DNA of 64,000 nucleotides from Candidatus Moraniibacteriota bacterium (lineage in GTDB: Bacteria; Patescibacteriota; Minisyncoccia; Moranbacterales; UBA1568). Shown piece by piece: positions 19,723 through 29,699 of this stretch. The notes beneath the pieces are model-generated. The model ran no database searches and had not been told where the DNA came from. It saw only the letters and a program-made list of their open reading frames with translations. The position numbers and the translations under genes are program-made. The DNA lies in the NCBI GenBank assembly GCA_016182385.1, contig JACPGV010000002.1, positions 125,190-189,189 on the forward strand. Direction: 5' to 3'. Position 1 is the first letter of the stretch; every line of letters starts with the position of its first letter.

Positions 19723-20805
19723 ATGACTCTTCTTGTGATTATTTTTCTTGGTATTCTTGTCGCCGGACTTTTTTTGTGGGCTTTTTTTTCATGGCGGGAA
19801 AGGACTTCCTCGCTTGATTTTCTGCGTCGTGATACGGAGGCGATGCAACGGAAGCTCGATGAACAGTGGCGCTCTTTTTCGGGCGCTCTCAATCAGCAAC
19901 TGGCTCATTTTCAGCAGACACTTGATAATCGATTGGCGGATTCCAGTCGTCGTCTTGATGAACGTCTTGATGGGGCGGCACGTTCATATGCTGATGTGCA
20001 AAAAAGCCTCGAACAAGTCAAGCAATCAAGTGAGAGAATTTTTGAAGTCGGAAAAGAAGTTGCTTCCCTTCAGGAAATTCTCAAGGCGCCAAAAATTCGT
20101 GGTGGCTTTGGAGAGCTTATGCTCAAAGATCTCCTCGCGCAGATGTTGCCCAAAGAAAATTTTATTTTGCAACACGCGTTCAAAAGTGGTGAAGCAGTGG
20201 ACGCACTTATTAAACTTAAGGGAGGTTCGGTCAGTGTTGATTCGAAATTTCCTTTGGAAAACTTCAAAAAAGTTCTATCGGCCAAGACCGACGAAGAACG
20301 AAAAACGGCGAGACGGTCGTTTTATGTTGATGTCAAAAAACACGTGGACGCGATTGCGACCAAGTATATTGTTCCCGAAGAGGGGACGCTTGATTTTGCT
20401 CTTATGTATATTCCGGCGGAAAACGTGTATTATGAGGTGATTATCAAAGATGATGATGGACAGGGACTGCTTGATTATTTGACCACAAAAAGAATTATCC
20501 CGGTTTCTCCGAACTCTTTTTATGCCTATATGCGCACCATCCTTTTTGGCCTACAGGGATTGCAAATAGAAAAACGGGCAAAGGAAATTATGGGACAATT
20601 GGAAAAACTTACAAGAGAGCACGAACGGTTTTCGAAAGAATTTGATGTTTTGGGAAGCCATATCGGAAACGCTCATAAAAAATTTGAGGACGCGGAAAAA
20701 TATTTGCACCGAGTAGGGGATCACTTGGAGCGTGCTCGTTTGGGCGTGGAACAGGAGTCGCCGCGCGTAGAGGGCGCGGAGGATAAAAATGATGGAGCAT
20801 TATGA
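19723..20805 (+). CDS. rmuC: DNA recombination protein RmuC
   Basis: 360 aa; N-terminal TM helix then long coiled coil and C-terminal RmuC nuclease-like region (GGFGELMLKDLL..., YIVPEEGTLDFALMYIPAENVYYEV). Confidence 0.8.
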   Translation: MTLLVIIFLGILVAGLFLWAFFSWRERTSSLDFLRRDTEAMQRKLDEQWRSFSGALNQQLAHFQQTLDNRLADSSRRLDERLDGAARSYADVQKSLEQVKQSSERIFEVGKEVASLQEILKAPKIRGGFGELMLKDLLAQMLPKENFILQHAFKSGEAVDALIKLKGGSVSVDSKFPLENFKKVLSAKTDEERKTARRSFYVDVKKHVDAIATKYIVPEEGTLDFALMYIPAENVYYEVIIKDDDGQGLLDYLTTKRIIPVSPNSFYAYMRTILFGLQGLQIEKRAKEIMGQLEKLTREHERFSKEFDVLGSHIGNAHKKFEDAEKYLHRVGDHLERARLGVEQESPRVEGAEDKNDGAL

Positions 20806-21191
20806 ACGCAACACGCTGGCAGGATGACATAATCAGGGAGGAAGAAGGTGTTTCATTTTTTCGAAATAATATCGTGCGCGTTTTAATGGGCGGGACGATA
20901 TTTTTTTTGCTTACGCATTTTTTTGTTTTGGCTTATTTCGCTCGTCCTACCGAGAGGAGCATGATTTTACACTACAATGTTTATTTTGGTGTTGAAATAC
21001 AGAGTGCCTGGTGGCAACTCTTTCTTTTGCCGTTGGCGGGAGTGTTTTTTTTCATGGTACATGGTATTTTTGCCAGACGACTCTATAGGGCCTGTGAGAG
21101 GATTGCCGCATATTTGCTCTTATTGGGAGCATGGATGCTGAATGTTGGACTGCTTATTGCCGGCGGGGGCGTTGCTTTTATTAATTATTAG
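20802..21191 (+). CDS. small hypothetical membrane protein
   Basis: 129 aa, 3-4 TM helices, start overlaps rmuC stop (ATGA). Confidence 0.4.
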   Translation: MNATRWQDDIIREEEGVSFFRNNIVRVLMGGTIFFLLTHFFVLAYFARPTERSMILHYNVYFGVEIQSAWWQLFLLPLAGVFFFMVHGIFARRLYRACERIAAYLLLLGAWMLNVGLLIAGGGVAFINY

Positions 21192-21194
21192 AGT

Positions 21195-22235
21195 ATGTTT
21201 TTTGAGCTTTTTTTTGCTCCTCTTCTCATAGTTTTTTCTCTTACGGTTGGTCTTATTTTGCTTTTTTTGCTGACCCCTCTTTTTCGACGGTCCGTGTGGC
21301 GCGTCTCGAAGCGCCATGGTGTCAAGGGAAGCATTTCTCGCCTGGGTGGAGTGGCCATGCTTCTTGCTTTTGTATTTACTGTTTTTTTTGATCCTCACCT
21401 TGTTTTGACAAAGGAAATGTACGGTTTATTTTTTGGCGGAGCGCTCATACTGCTTTTTGGCTTGTGGGATGATTTGAGTGAACTTGGTTGGAAGGTTCAG
21501 ATTTTTTTTCAAGTGACGCTTTCGGCGCTTATGTTTATTTTCGGCGTTCGTATTATGGCCGTTACCAATCCTTTCGGCGGTATGTGGACTTTGCCATACG
21601 GAGAATTCGTCATACCGGGATTTTTTATTCTTCTTTTTTGGATGCTTTTGGTGATGAATGCTATTAACTGGCTTGATGGGCTTGATGGGCTGTGTGGCGG
21701 TGTCACGGCTATTACTTTTTTGACGATTTTCTTTTTGAGTCTGCGTCCCGAGGTGTATCAGCCACCAATTGCTATTTTGGCTATTATTGGTTTTGGCGCG
21801 AGTCTGGGTTTTCTTGTTTTTAATATGCATCCAGCTCGTATTCTTGCGGGAACAGTCGGTTCCATGTTTCTTGGATTTCTCATCGCTCTTCTCGCGGTAA
21901 TTGCCGGAACGAAAATAGCTACGGCGCTTCTCGTTCTTTCTTTGCCCATAGCCGATGCTGTTTTTGTTATTTGGCAACGTTTGCGTGACGGCGTCTCAGT
22001 CTTTCAATCCGATAAGCGTCATTTGCACTATAAACTGCTTGAATTGGGTTGGTCCGAGGGTCGTGTCGCCGCCTTCTTTTTTGTGGTAACGGCGATTATT
22101 TCCTTGATTGCTTTGTTTACGGAGGCGTTGGGAAAATTGTTCGCTCTTGCTGGTATTTTGATTGTCCTTTTTTCTTTGTTGTTCTTCGTGGAGTATGTTG
22201 TCCGACAAAAAAGAAACGAGAAAAAAACAGTATGA
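21195..22235 (+). CDS. glycosyltransferase family 4 phospho-sugar transferase (MraY/WecA family)
   Basis: 346 aa polytopic; MNAINWLDGLDGLCGG (NAxNxxDGxDGL motif of MraY/WecA), cytoplasmic loop DDLSELGWK. Confidence 0.8.
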   Translation: MFFELFFAPLLIVFSLTVGLILLFLLTPLFRRSVWRVSKRHGVKGSISRLGGVAMLLAFVFTVFFDPHLVLTKEMYGLFFGGALILLFGLWDDLSELGWKVQIFFQVTLSALMFIFGVRIMAVTNPFGGMWTLPYGEFVIPGFFILLFWMLLVMNAINWLDGLDGLCGGVTAITFLTIFFLSLRPEVYQPPIAILAIIGFGASLGFLVFNMHPARILAGTVGSMFLGFLIALLAVIAGTKIATALLVLSLPIADAVFVIWQRLRDGVSVFQSDKRHLHYKLLELGWSEGRVAAFFFVVTAIISLIALFTEALGKLFALAGILIVLFSLLFFVEYVVRQKRNEKKTV

Positions 22236-22693
22236 AAAAGAAACTTTTTTTGAGAAAAATAGTTTTTGTTATCATAGGCGGAGTATCTTGTATCCTCTTT
22301 TGGTTTGTGATCAAAACAGTATTTTTTCCCGTTCAAATACCACAGGAATCTTTTTTTGTTGAGTTTCATGGAAAACGTTTATTGCTTGAGCGTGCCGTTA
22401 CCGAGGAGGCGCGGGCATTAGGATTAGGAAAGAGGGATTCTTTGTGTTCCTCGTGCGCTTTGCAGTTTATTTTTGAAACACCGGGAAGGTATCTTTTTTG
22501 GATGAAAGACATGCGATTTCCTATTGATATCGTGTGGCTTCGTGGTGAAGAGGTAGTTTTTATCGTTCATAATGCTCAGCCGGAATTTCTTGGGGTTTTT
22601 GATCCGGGTGTTTTTGCGGACACTGTTTTTGAGTGTAACGCCGGTGAAGCAAAAAATCTTCGTGAGGGGGATCGGGTGCGTTTTTTGCATTAA
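22232..22693 (+). CDS. DUF192 family protein (COG1430-like)
   Basis: Start moved to MKKKLFLRKIVFVII (overlaps stop of upstream gene); signal/TM then MRFPIDIVWL... typical of DUF192. Confidence 0.55.
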   Translation: MKKKLFLRKIVFVIIGGVSCILFWFVIKTVFFPVQIPQESFFVEFHGKRLLLERAVTEEARALGLGKRDSLCSSCALQFIFETPGRYLFWMKDMRFPIDIVWLRGEEVVFIVHNAQPEFLGVFDPGVFADTVFECNAGEAKNLREGDRVRFLH

Positions 22694-22794
22694 GAGCCTT
22701 GGATTTTTTAGGATAGATACAACAAAATCCCGCCGTTGCGGGATTTTGTTATCAATACGAAGAAAGAACGGTTTTTCTCTCCATGCGGTTAGCG

Positions 22795-23385
22795 TTAGCG
22801 ATAGGCGCTCACGCGAGCGGAGTATTTCTTTAGATTCTGCAATTGTCTCTCGTTCAGTGTTTTCGATTTCTCAATACTTTGCTTAATAAGATTTTTCGAG
22901 AATTCTATCGAAGTGTTCGGTGTTACAGAGCTACGGAAGCCCGAGTTTTTACGAAGATAATCTTCGATGTAAACCTTTTGTTCAGCGGTCAAGGATGAAT
23001 CAGGATTCTTTTCGAGATAGTGCGCGAGAGCACGGCGTGCCAAATGCGTTTGACCGTTTCCTCGTTCAGCTTTCTCAATAAATGAAGTTTCTGTTTCTTG
23101 ACTCAATTCAGTCGTTACTACGACGCCACTTGTTTTCACCTCTGCTTTTACGGTGTTTTTTGACTGGGAAGGCGTTTGTGTGTCAGCCTTTTCATCACCT
23201 TTGGTTTCGAGGAGTGTCGCCTCATCTTGATCGGTGAGAGTATCCGTGCGTTGTGAATACGAATAAATGCCAAGAGCGATCGCTGCAACAATGAACACGC
23301 TGACGATGATACGCAGATTTTCTTGAATCCATGCCTTGACTTGATCGGCTGAAGACTCTTCGAAAATAGGTTCTTGCTGTTCCAT
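22795..23385 (-). CDS. hypothetical bitopic membrane protein (196 aa)
   Basis: Good SD (AGAGAGGTGA) before ATG; one TM helix (IIVSVFIVAAIALGIYSY), charged extracytoplasmic region. Confidence 0.5.
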   Translation of the reverse strand: MEQQEPIFEESSADQVKAWIQENLRIIVSVFIVAAIALGIYSYSQRTDTLTDQDEATLLETKGDEKADTQTPSQSKNTVKAEVKTSGVVVTTELSQETETSFIEKAERGNGQTHLARRALAHYLEKNPDSSLTAEQKVYIEDYLRKNSGFRSSVTPNTSIEFSKNLIKQSIEKSKTLNERQLQNLKKYSARVSAYR

Positions 23386-24001
23386 GTGTTCACCTCTCTT
23401 TCTAGCTTAACGAATAAGATTGTCAAAGTGCCGCTTTCGTTGAAGCCGTCGACTTGCCAAAACTATCTTTTATGGCATTGGCAAGCCATCTATCGACCCC
23501 CTGTCTTTGTATACTACGTCTTTGAAAAATGACTGTCAACTGGACAAATGAACGTTTTTTTGTCCTGGTGAAAGAAGGAAAGATCGGATAGATGCACCAT
23601 GAAGAGGGTGTGGAAATTTTTTTAATGAAATATATTTTTTATGGAAAGAGGAATGCGCGCGTGTTTCGAAGTTTGCTTCTGATGATTCGCGTAATGGAAG
23701 AGATTTGTTTTTGAGTGATAAGAGAAAAATATTTTTTATGGAATGTTTTGAAATATTTTGTGAGAAAGAGTAAAAAGAAAAAATATTTTTTCTTGTATTG
23801 GTGTTATGGAGTATTGACAAGAATTTTTTTTCTTTGCTTTTTTTGAAAAAAGAGTATAATAAAAACATACGGAAACTTTTTCTGTATCACGCACAAAAAA
23901 AATTCTGTGTCGTGTAAAATAAAAAATAAACCTTTCTCTTCTTGTGTCGCATAAACAGATGCGCGCAAAATGAAGAGATGGTGTAGGAGGAGGTGAGTAT
24001 T

Positions 24002-24097
24002 ATGGCAGCCAAGAAAAAAGTCGCGAAGAAAAAGGCTACAAAGAAAGTAGCTCGCAAAAAGACAACCAAGAAGAAGGCTACAAAGAAGCGCAAGTAA
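24002..24097 (+). CDS. small lysine/alanine-rich basic protein (31 aa, MAAKKKVAKKKATKKVARKKTTKKKATKKRK)
   Basis: Strong SD GGAGGAGGTGA 7 nt upstream of ATG; followed 35 nt later by a GC hairpin terminator; composition mirrors K/A/T tails on L31, S9 and RpoA in this window. Confidence 0.5.
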   Translation: MAAKKKVAKKKATKKVARKKTTKKKATKKRK

Positions 24098-24132
24098 TAT
24101 TGCATTCTTTCGTTCTTTTGGTTTAAAAACAA

Positions 24133-24172
24133 AAAATCCCCGTAAATCGGGGGTTTTTGTTTTTTTTGAAAA
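24133..24172. terminator. bidirectional rho-independent terminator (AAAAATCCCCGTAAATCGGGGGTTTTTGTTTTTTT)
   Basis: Perfect GC hairpin flanked by A-tract and T-tract, between convergent small ORF and prmC. Confidence 0.75.
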
Positions 24173-24177
24173 GGTAT

Positions 24178-25095
24178 TTATAGCGAAAGAACGACAACAC
24201 GATCGCGACTGGAGAGGTCGGGATGGATGGTAAAGGTAGCTTTTGGAAAGTTTTTTGAAAAATACTGCTTGATAAGAGGTGTTTGCTCGGGACTGATTTC
24301 AAGAAAAAGCATGACTGATTGTTTTTGAGAAGTTTGACTTTTTTCGCGATCGCGAAAAAAGTCAGTATTGAGAGATTTCACTTGGTCGAACAAGCGGTAG
24401 TAATGGTCGAGGCCAACCTGAGCGCTTACGAGGGCGGTTTTTGGTTCGAATATTTTCACATCGTCTTCGGCGGATTGCCAGATTTTTTCGGAAAGATAGG
24501 GGAGATTGGCAACGATGATGATTTCGTTTGCTGTTACAAGTTTCTCTTTTAAAGGATCAAGAAAATTTCCTTCGTAAAACGATATGATATTTTCGACGTT
24601 ATGACGCTTGGCGTTTTTTTTCGCAACGTTGAGAGCTTTTGAAGAGATATCAGTGGCATGGAATGTGTAGGTTGGATTTTTTATTTCTTTTGCGAGAGTA
24701 ACAACAATATTCCCGCTCCCTGTTCCGATATCAGTCAAAAATATAGCTTGAGTTGACGGTCGTCGTTTCGTGTCACTTTTTATTTTTTCCAAAATGAGTT
24801 CGATAAGGAGCTCTGTCTCGGGACGAGGAATGAGTGTTGCGGGAGTGACTTGGAAGTCACGACCGTAGAATTCTTTGTGCCCGACGACATAAGCAACCGG
24901 CTCGTGTTTTGCTCGGCGAGAGAAATATTCGCGCGCTTTCGTTTCTGTTCTGGTATCGAGTTCGTATTCTGGATGCGCGAAGAGGAAGGTTTTGTCTTTG
25001 TTAGTCGCGTGCGCAAGCAGTACGAAAAAATCCTCCGGTGCGATTTTCTGACCAGCGGAAGAGAGAAATTCTTTTTGGAGTTTTTTGAGGATCAC
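24178..25095 (-). CDS. prmC: release factor glutamine N5-methyltransferase PrmC (HemK)
   Basis: 305 aa; SAM motif DIGTGSGNIVVTLA and catalytic VANLPYL (NPPY motif); located directly downstream of prfA as in the prfA-prmC operon. Confidence 0.85.
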   Translation of the reverse strand: MILKKLQKEFLSSAGQKIAPEDFFVLLAHATNKDKTFLFAHPEYELDTRTETKAREYFSRRAKHEPVAYVVGHKEFYGRDFQVTPATLIPRPETELLIELILEKIKSDTKRRPSTQAIFLTDIGTGSGNIVVTLAKEIKNPTYTFHATDISSKALNVAKKNAKRHNVENIISFYEGNFLDPLKEKLVTANEIIIVANLPYLSEKIWQSAEDDVKIFEPKTALVSAQVGLDHYYRLFDQVKSLNTDFFRDREKSQTSQKQSVMLFLEISPEQTPLIKQYFSKNFPKATFTIHPDLSSRDRVVVLSL

Positions 25096-25177
25096 GACTT
25101 TTTCTGATGTTATTTCGAGTTTTTTTGAGGAACCCTTTTGTTTTTTTTCAGATTCCTGTTGATGCGTTTGGGAGTTT

Positions 25178-26275
25178 TTATTTTTCCGACTGTTTCTCTA
25201 GCTTGCGGCGGATATCTTCTTGTTCGAGAACATCGAGAATCTGGTCGAGGGCGCCGTTTAATATTTGAGGGATACCGCTCCATGATTCTTTGATACGATG
25301 GTCGGTGATGCGATCTTGGGGAAAATTGTAGGTACGGATTTTTTCACTGCGGTCACCGGTACCGATTTGACTTTTGCGTGCGTCACCAAGCTCTTTGGCG
25401 CGGCGCTCTTCTTCTGCCTGATAGAGGCGCGAACGAAGCACTTTCATCGCTTTTTCCTTGTTTTTAATTTGCGATTTTTCATCTTGACAGGAAACCACCA
25501 CCCCGCTTGGAACGTGGGTGATACGTACAGCGCTATAAGTCGTGTTGACTGACTGACCACCAGGGCCAGATGAGCAAAACGTGTCGATACGGAGATCTTG
25601 CGGGTTGATGACGATTTCCACGTCTTCGGCTTCCGGCAAAACAGCAACGGTTGCAGTCGAGGTATGGACACGGCCCATTTTTTCGGTTTCGGGAACGCGT
25701 TGGACACGATGTACACCGGATTCGTATTTCATTTTTCGGTATACGGAGATTTCGCCTGTGCCGCGGTTGATTTCAAAAACTGCCTCTTTGAAGCCGCCTA
25801 CCTCGGTTTGATTGGAATGAAGCATCGTGACGCGCCAGTTTTGTTTTTCAGCGTAGTGTGAATACATTCGAAAAAGCTCTGCCGCAAAAAGAGAGGATTC
25901 ATCGCCGCCGGCGCCGGCGCGGATTTCAACGATAATATCTTTGTCATCATGTGGATCTTTAGGAAGAAGAAGGCGTTTCAATTCTTCTTCAAGCGAGGCT
26001 TTCTCTTCGGCAAGTGTGACGTTTTCTTCTATAGCGAGGCTTTTTAATTCAGAATCGACTTCATCGGAATGAGTGAGTTCTGCATTGTCACGCATTGTTT
26101 TTTCGATGGCGCGAAAACGCTCGATACGCTCCATGATGAGATCGAGCTCTGTTTTTCGGCGGCCAAGAGTAGCAAGTGTTTTTGGATCACGCGTGATGTT
26201 TGGATCGCTTAAGCGTTTTGTGATATCCGCGTGTTCATGTTCAATTTCGACAAGAAGAGCATTCATAATTTCCAA
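25178..26275 (-). CDS. prfA: peptide chain release factor 1
   Basis: 365 aa; GGQ motif [11 protein letters not shown]; codon-recognition region [17 protein letters not shown] matches RF1 PxT type, not RF2 SPF. Confidence 0.85.
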   Translation of the reverse strand: MEIMNALLVEIEHEHADITKRLSDPNITRDPKTLATLGRRKTELDLIMERIERFRAIEKTMRDNAELTHSDEVDSELKSLAIEENVTLAEEKASLEEELKRLLLPKDPHDDKDIIVEIRAGAGGDESSLFAAELFRMYSHYAEKQNWRVTMLHSNQTEVGGFKEAVFEINRGTGEISVYRKMKYESGVHRVQRVPETEKMGRVHTSTATVAVLPEAEDVEIVINPQDLRIDTFCSSGPGGQSVNTTYSAVRITHVPSGVVVSCQDEKSQIKNKEKAMKVLRSRLYQAEEERRAKELGDARKSQIGTGDRSEKIRTYNFPQDRITDHRIKESWSGIPQILNGALDQILDVLEQEDIRRKLEKQSEK

Positions 26276-26411
26276 TTTTTATCGGAGAAGGTCATTGTTG
26301 TTTCTCCTCCTCAATTATGTTTTGTTGAATAAAAAACCCGTCTAGGGGTGAGACGGGAGCTTTTTTCGGGTTGAGATATTTCAAGTACAAGAAAAAAGCG
26401 CGAGAGGGACG

Positions 26412-26708
26412 CTACGCGGCTTTTTTTACGACTTTCTTCTCTTTTTTTGGAGTTTCTTTTTCAGCTTTCACTTTAGGGGCTTTTTTACGAGCAATTTTTG
26501 CAGCGACTGACTTTTCGGAAAGCTTTTTGAAACGATCAACACGACCGGTAGTATCAATAAATTTCTTTTTACCGGTATAAAACGGATGACACTGAGAACA
26601 AATTTCGGTATGCATGGCGTCAACCGTTGATCCAGTTTCCAAAACAGCGCCGCAAGCGCAGGTAATGGTGGTTGTAGCTGTATAGTGAGGGTGAATGCCT
26701 TGTTTCAT
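26412..26708 (-). CDS. rpmE: 50S ribosomal protein L31 with lysine-rich C-terminal extension
   Basis: Start placed at MKQGIHPHY; C..C and HPFYTG motifs of L31; about 35 aa K/A-rich tail. The ORF-track start further upstream lacks homology. Confidence 0.8.
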   Translation of the reverse strand: MKQGIHPHYTATTTITCACGAVLETGSTVDAMHTEICSQCHPFYTGKKKFIDTTGRVDRFKKLSEKSVAAKIARKKAPKVKAEKETPKKEKKVVKKAA

Positions 26709-27075
26709 AGGATGCTTCTTCTTTCCTGATAAAGTTTTTATACCCAAAGAGTGTAACATGGCTTTTGGAAATTGACAACCCCTCACTTTTTCTACGATGA
26801 TGGTATTCGAATGGGCCTATGGCGATAAAGAGCCAGAAAAGAAGGTTTTTATAAAGAGAATTCTTTTATTATTAACCGTAAAGGGAAGCTCTTGCCAGAT
26901 GGAAATTTCTTTGGTACACTGTCTCCCGTACGTATCTATCGCTTTTTTGCGGTGGAGTGGAAAATCAGACATATGTCGTCAGGATCCGTTCCTGGCCTGC
27001 TCGTGCAGTGCTTTCAGGATCCGTTGAGGCGATGTAGGTGGCGCCCGTTTATATCGGGTGTATAATTTTATAAGG

Positions 27076-27876
27076 ATGTCTACAATTATGTCAGAGACAA
27101 CTGTAGCGCACGTTGTTGCGCAAGATGCCAAAACGGCAGTGACGAGCGAACACTATTTCGCTTCTTTTGATTTCAGTAAACTTGATGCCGGGCTGGAGGC
27201 TCTTCTCAAGTCGGGAGTTCATTTTGGACACCTGAAATCTCGTCGTCATCCGAAAATGGATCCATATATTTTTACTACGCGTAAGAATATAAATATCATT
27301 GATTTGCAGAAAACAGCGGAAAAGCTTGATGAAGCCGCCAATTTTCTTTCCGGTATCGTCAAAGAAGGCAAGCCGATTCTTTTTGTCGGTATGAAGAAAC
27401 AGACGCATGAAACAGTTCAGTCTATTGCTCAGCGCTTGGGGGAATCGTACGTTATTGATCGTTGGCTTGGAGGAACACTTACCAATTTCAAAATGATTCG
27501 TGGGCGGGCGCGGTATCTCAATGAGGGCGCGGAAAAAATGGCGCGAGGGGATTTCAAAAAGTATACAAAATTTGAACAAGCAAAAAAGAACGAAGAACTT
27601 GAAAAATTGGAAAAAAAGGTTGGTGGAATTAAGCATTTGGAACAATTGCCCGGGGCTATTGTTATTGCCGATGTCAAAGAAGCTGGCTTGGTAATAAGCG
27701 AGGCAAGAAAAATGAATGTTCCGATAATTGGCATTGTAGACACGAATACTGATCCGAGTTTTGTCGATTATCCCATTCCGGGGAATGATGACGCTCTTTC
27801 TTCGTTGCGCGTCCTTTTTGGCGCTTTGGGAAAGGCTATTCTTTCGTCAAAAGAGAGTGTCGTTCAGAAGGGGTAA
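27076..27876 (+). CDS. rpsB: 30S ribosomal protein S2
   Basis: LLKSGVHFGHLKSRRHPKMDPYIFTTRKNINIIDLQKT and IVDTNTDP motifs; exact start codon uncertain (27058/27076/27085). Confidence 0.85.
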   Translation: MSTIMSETTVAHVVAQDAKTAVTSEHYFASFDFSKLDAGLEALLKSGVHFGHLKSRRHPKMDPYIFTTRKNINIIDLQKTAEKLDEAANFLSGIVKEGKPILFVGMKKQTHETVQSIAQRLGESYVIDRWLGGTLTNFKMIRGRARYLNEGAEKMARGDFKKYTKFEQAKKNEELEKLEKKVGGIKHLEQLPGAIVIADVKEAGLVISEARKMNVPIIGIVDTNTDPSFVDYPIPGNDDALSSLRVLFGALGKAILSSKESVVQKG

Positions 27877-27894
27877 AAGTTGTAATAAAAAAAT

Positions 27895-28479
27895 ATGAGC
27901 ACGATGGAGCAAATAAAAAATCTTCGTGAAAAAACCGGTGCCGGTATTGTAGATGTCAAAAAAGCGCTTGATGAAGCAAAGGGAGATGAGGTGAAGGCCA
28001 TCGAAATTCTTCGCAAGCGTGGACAGGATAAGGCGCTCAAGAAAAGCGATCGAGAAGCTCTTGAAGGAATCGTCGTGGCGTATGTTCACTCCAATAATCG
28101 AATGGGCGCTTTGTTGAAACTTTCTTGTGAAACGGATTTTGTTGCCCGAAACGAGGAGTTCCGCGAATTGGGACACGATATCGCCATGCATGTCGTTGCC
28201 GCCGCGCCACAATTTGTAAAAGCGGAAGATGTTCCGGATGCTCTTGTGGAGAAAGAAAAGATTATTTGGCGAGAGCAGTTGGTTCGTGAGGGTAAGCCTG
28301 AGGAGATGTTTGAAAAGATTATGATGGGGAAGGAAGAGAAGTTCCGCAAGGATATTTCCCTTTTAACACAGAGTTTTATCAAGGATCCGACAAAAACGGT
28401 TGGTGAGTTATTGACCGAAAAAATTCACAAAATTGGAGAAAATATTCAAGTGAGTAGTTTTATTCGGTACGAAATGTAG
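27895..28479 (+). CDS. tsf: elongation factor Ts
   Basis: 194 aa; LREKTGAGIVDVKKAL UBA-like N-terminus and core EF-Ts fold; rpsB-tsf synteny. Confidence 0.9.
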   Translation: MSTMEQIKNLREKTGAGIVDVKKALDEAKGDEVKAIEILRKRGQDKALKKSDREALEGIVVAYVHSNNRMGALLKLSCETDFVARNEEFRELGHDIAMHVVAAAPQFVKAEDVPDALVEKEKIIWREQLVREGKPEEMFEKIMMGKEEKFRKDISLLTQSFIKDPTKTVGELLTEKIHKIGENIQVSSFIRYEM

Positions 28480-28534
28480 TATATTGATGTAGGAGAGTGT
28501 TAACTATCGGGCCGAGAGCGGCCCCGCGTATCTC

Positions 28535-29437
28535 ATGTGGTATCTTACTGTCCCGCCCATTATTGTTGTTGTCAGTCTCCTGCTCGTGTTGTGGTATCTT
28601 TCACGCAGGGGAGCTGATCCCGTTATCGCGGAAAAAGTCTCTCAAGGAGAACGGGAAGCTTTGAAGAAGGCGTCTTTTTTTCGTACGAAATCTTTTTTCT
28701 TGCGAGTCTTGGAAAAAACAGCACAGCGTTTTAAAGTGCAATCGTTGCGAATGCACAATACGCTTCATGTATGGACGCAATCTTTAAAAGAGCGTCGAAG
28801 ATTATTTCAAGAAAAAACTTCTCCGATGCCGCCCGTTGATGCCAAAGAAGAATATTCGATATCGCAAGAAATAGCTTCTTTTTCCGCTCCTGTTGTTTCA
28901 GAAAAAAAAGAGATTGCTCATCGTGGGAATCTCTTGCGTCGTTTTTTTGGCAAAGAAACGGTGGTAAAAGATGAAGTGCAGGCGTCTCTCACAAATATCA
29001 AGGAAGAGCGGGTATTTGATGGAGAAAAAAAATCGCAAGAACAAGAAAGAATAATAACATTTGAACAACCTCTTGTCCGCCGGCGCAAGGAAGAGACAAT
29101 TCGTGAATCCATTCTTGAGCCGCGACCCACCGTAAGCGATAAGGTTGCGCGTCCCGAATCGGTTAAAAAGAATCTTTTCAAGCGAGAAACACGTGCGCGT
29201 GAAGAAGATTTTATTGCTCGCATAGCAGTCAATCCAAAGGACTTTACTGCGTATGAGGGGCTGGGCGATTATTATCTTGAGATTGGTAATGTGAAGGATG
29301 CCAAAGAATGTTATCGACAAGTACTCAAGCTTTCACCGGTGCATCGAATGGTGAAGATCAAGATACGTCGTTTGGAAAAAATTCTTTCTCAAAAATCAGA
29401 TGACGAATCTCTTGAGAACGAAAGAATAATAGGGTAA
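28535..29437 (+). CDS. hypothetical membrane-anchored protein with C-terminal TPR-like helix pair
   Basis: 300 aa; N-terminal TM helix; C-terminal AYEGLGDYYLEIGNVKDAKECYRQVLKLSP TPR motif. Confidence 0.5.
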   Translation: MWYLTVPPIIVVVSLLLVLWYLSRRGADPVIAEKVSQGEREALKKASFFRTKSFFLRVLEKTAQRFKVQSLRMHNTLHVWTQSLKERRRLFQEKTSPMPPVDAKEEYSISQEIASFSAPVVSEKKEIAHRGNLLRRFFGKETVVKDEVQASLTNIKEERVFDGEKKSQEQERIITFEQPLVRRRKEETIRESILEPRPTVSDKVARPESVKKNLFKRETRAREEDFIARIAVNPKDFTAYEGLGDYYLEIGNVKDAKECYRQVLKLSPVHRMVKIKIRRLEKILSQKSDDESLENERIIG

Positions 29438-29463
29438 AATAGAGAGACGCGTTTTTTGATCGT

Positions 29464-29537
29464 GCCACCTTAGCTCAGCTGGTTAGAGCAACAGTTTTGT
29501 AAACTGTGGGTCCTCGGTTCGAATCCGAGAGGTGGCT
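29464..29537 (+). tRNA. tRNA-Thr (anticodon TGT)
   Basis: Cloverleaf: acceptor GCCACCT/AGGTGGC, D-arm GCTCAGCTGGTTAGAGC, anticodon loop TTTGTAA, T-arm GGTTCGAATCC; no encoded CCA. Confidence 0.85.
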
Positions 29538-29566
29538 CAAGAGAAATGAAAAAGAGATGGTTTTTT

Positions 29567-29650
29567 GGGTAGGTGGCGGAGTGGTCAATCGCAGCAGACT
29601 GTAAATCTGTCGTCCTTCGGACTTCGGGGGTTCGAATCCCTCCCTGCCCA
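29567..29650 (+). tRNA. tRNA-Tyr (anticodon GTA), long variable arm
   Basis: Acceptor GGGTAGG/CCTGCCC, anticodon loop ACTGTAAAT, long variable arm, T-arm GGGGGTTCGAATCCCTC; 29 nt after tRNA-Thr. Confidence 0.85.
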
Positions 29651-29699
29651 CGAGAATAAACTATAAAAGCACCCAGTAATGGGTGCTTTTATAGTTTTG

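Noticed and set aside
22049-22693. ORF-track start at 22049 for the DUF192 gene
   Set aside because: That start lies inside the GT4 transferase gene in another frame. The DUF192 homology and the TM helix begin at the Met at 22232, which overlaps the upstream stop in operon fashion.
23536-24132. Two minus-strand ORFs (110 aa and 81 aa) in the AT-rich gap
   Set aside because: Low-complexity F/K-rich translations of AT-rich DNA. One overlaps the small K-rich gene and its SD on the opposite strand. No RBS.
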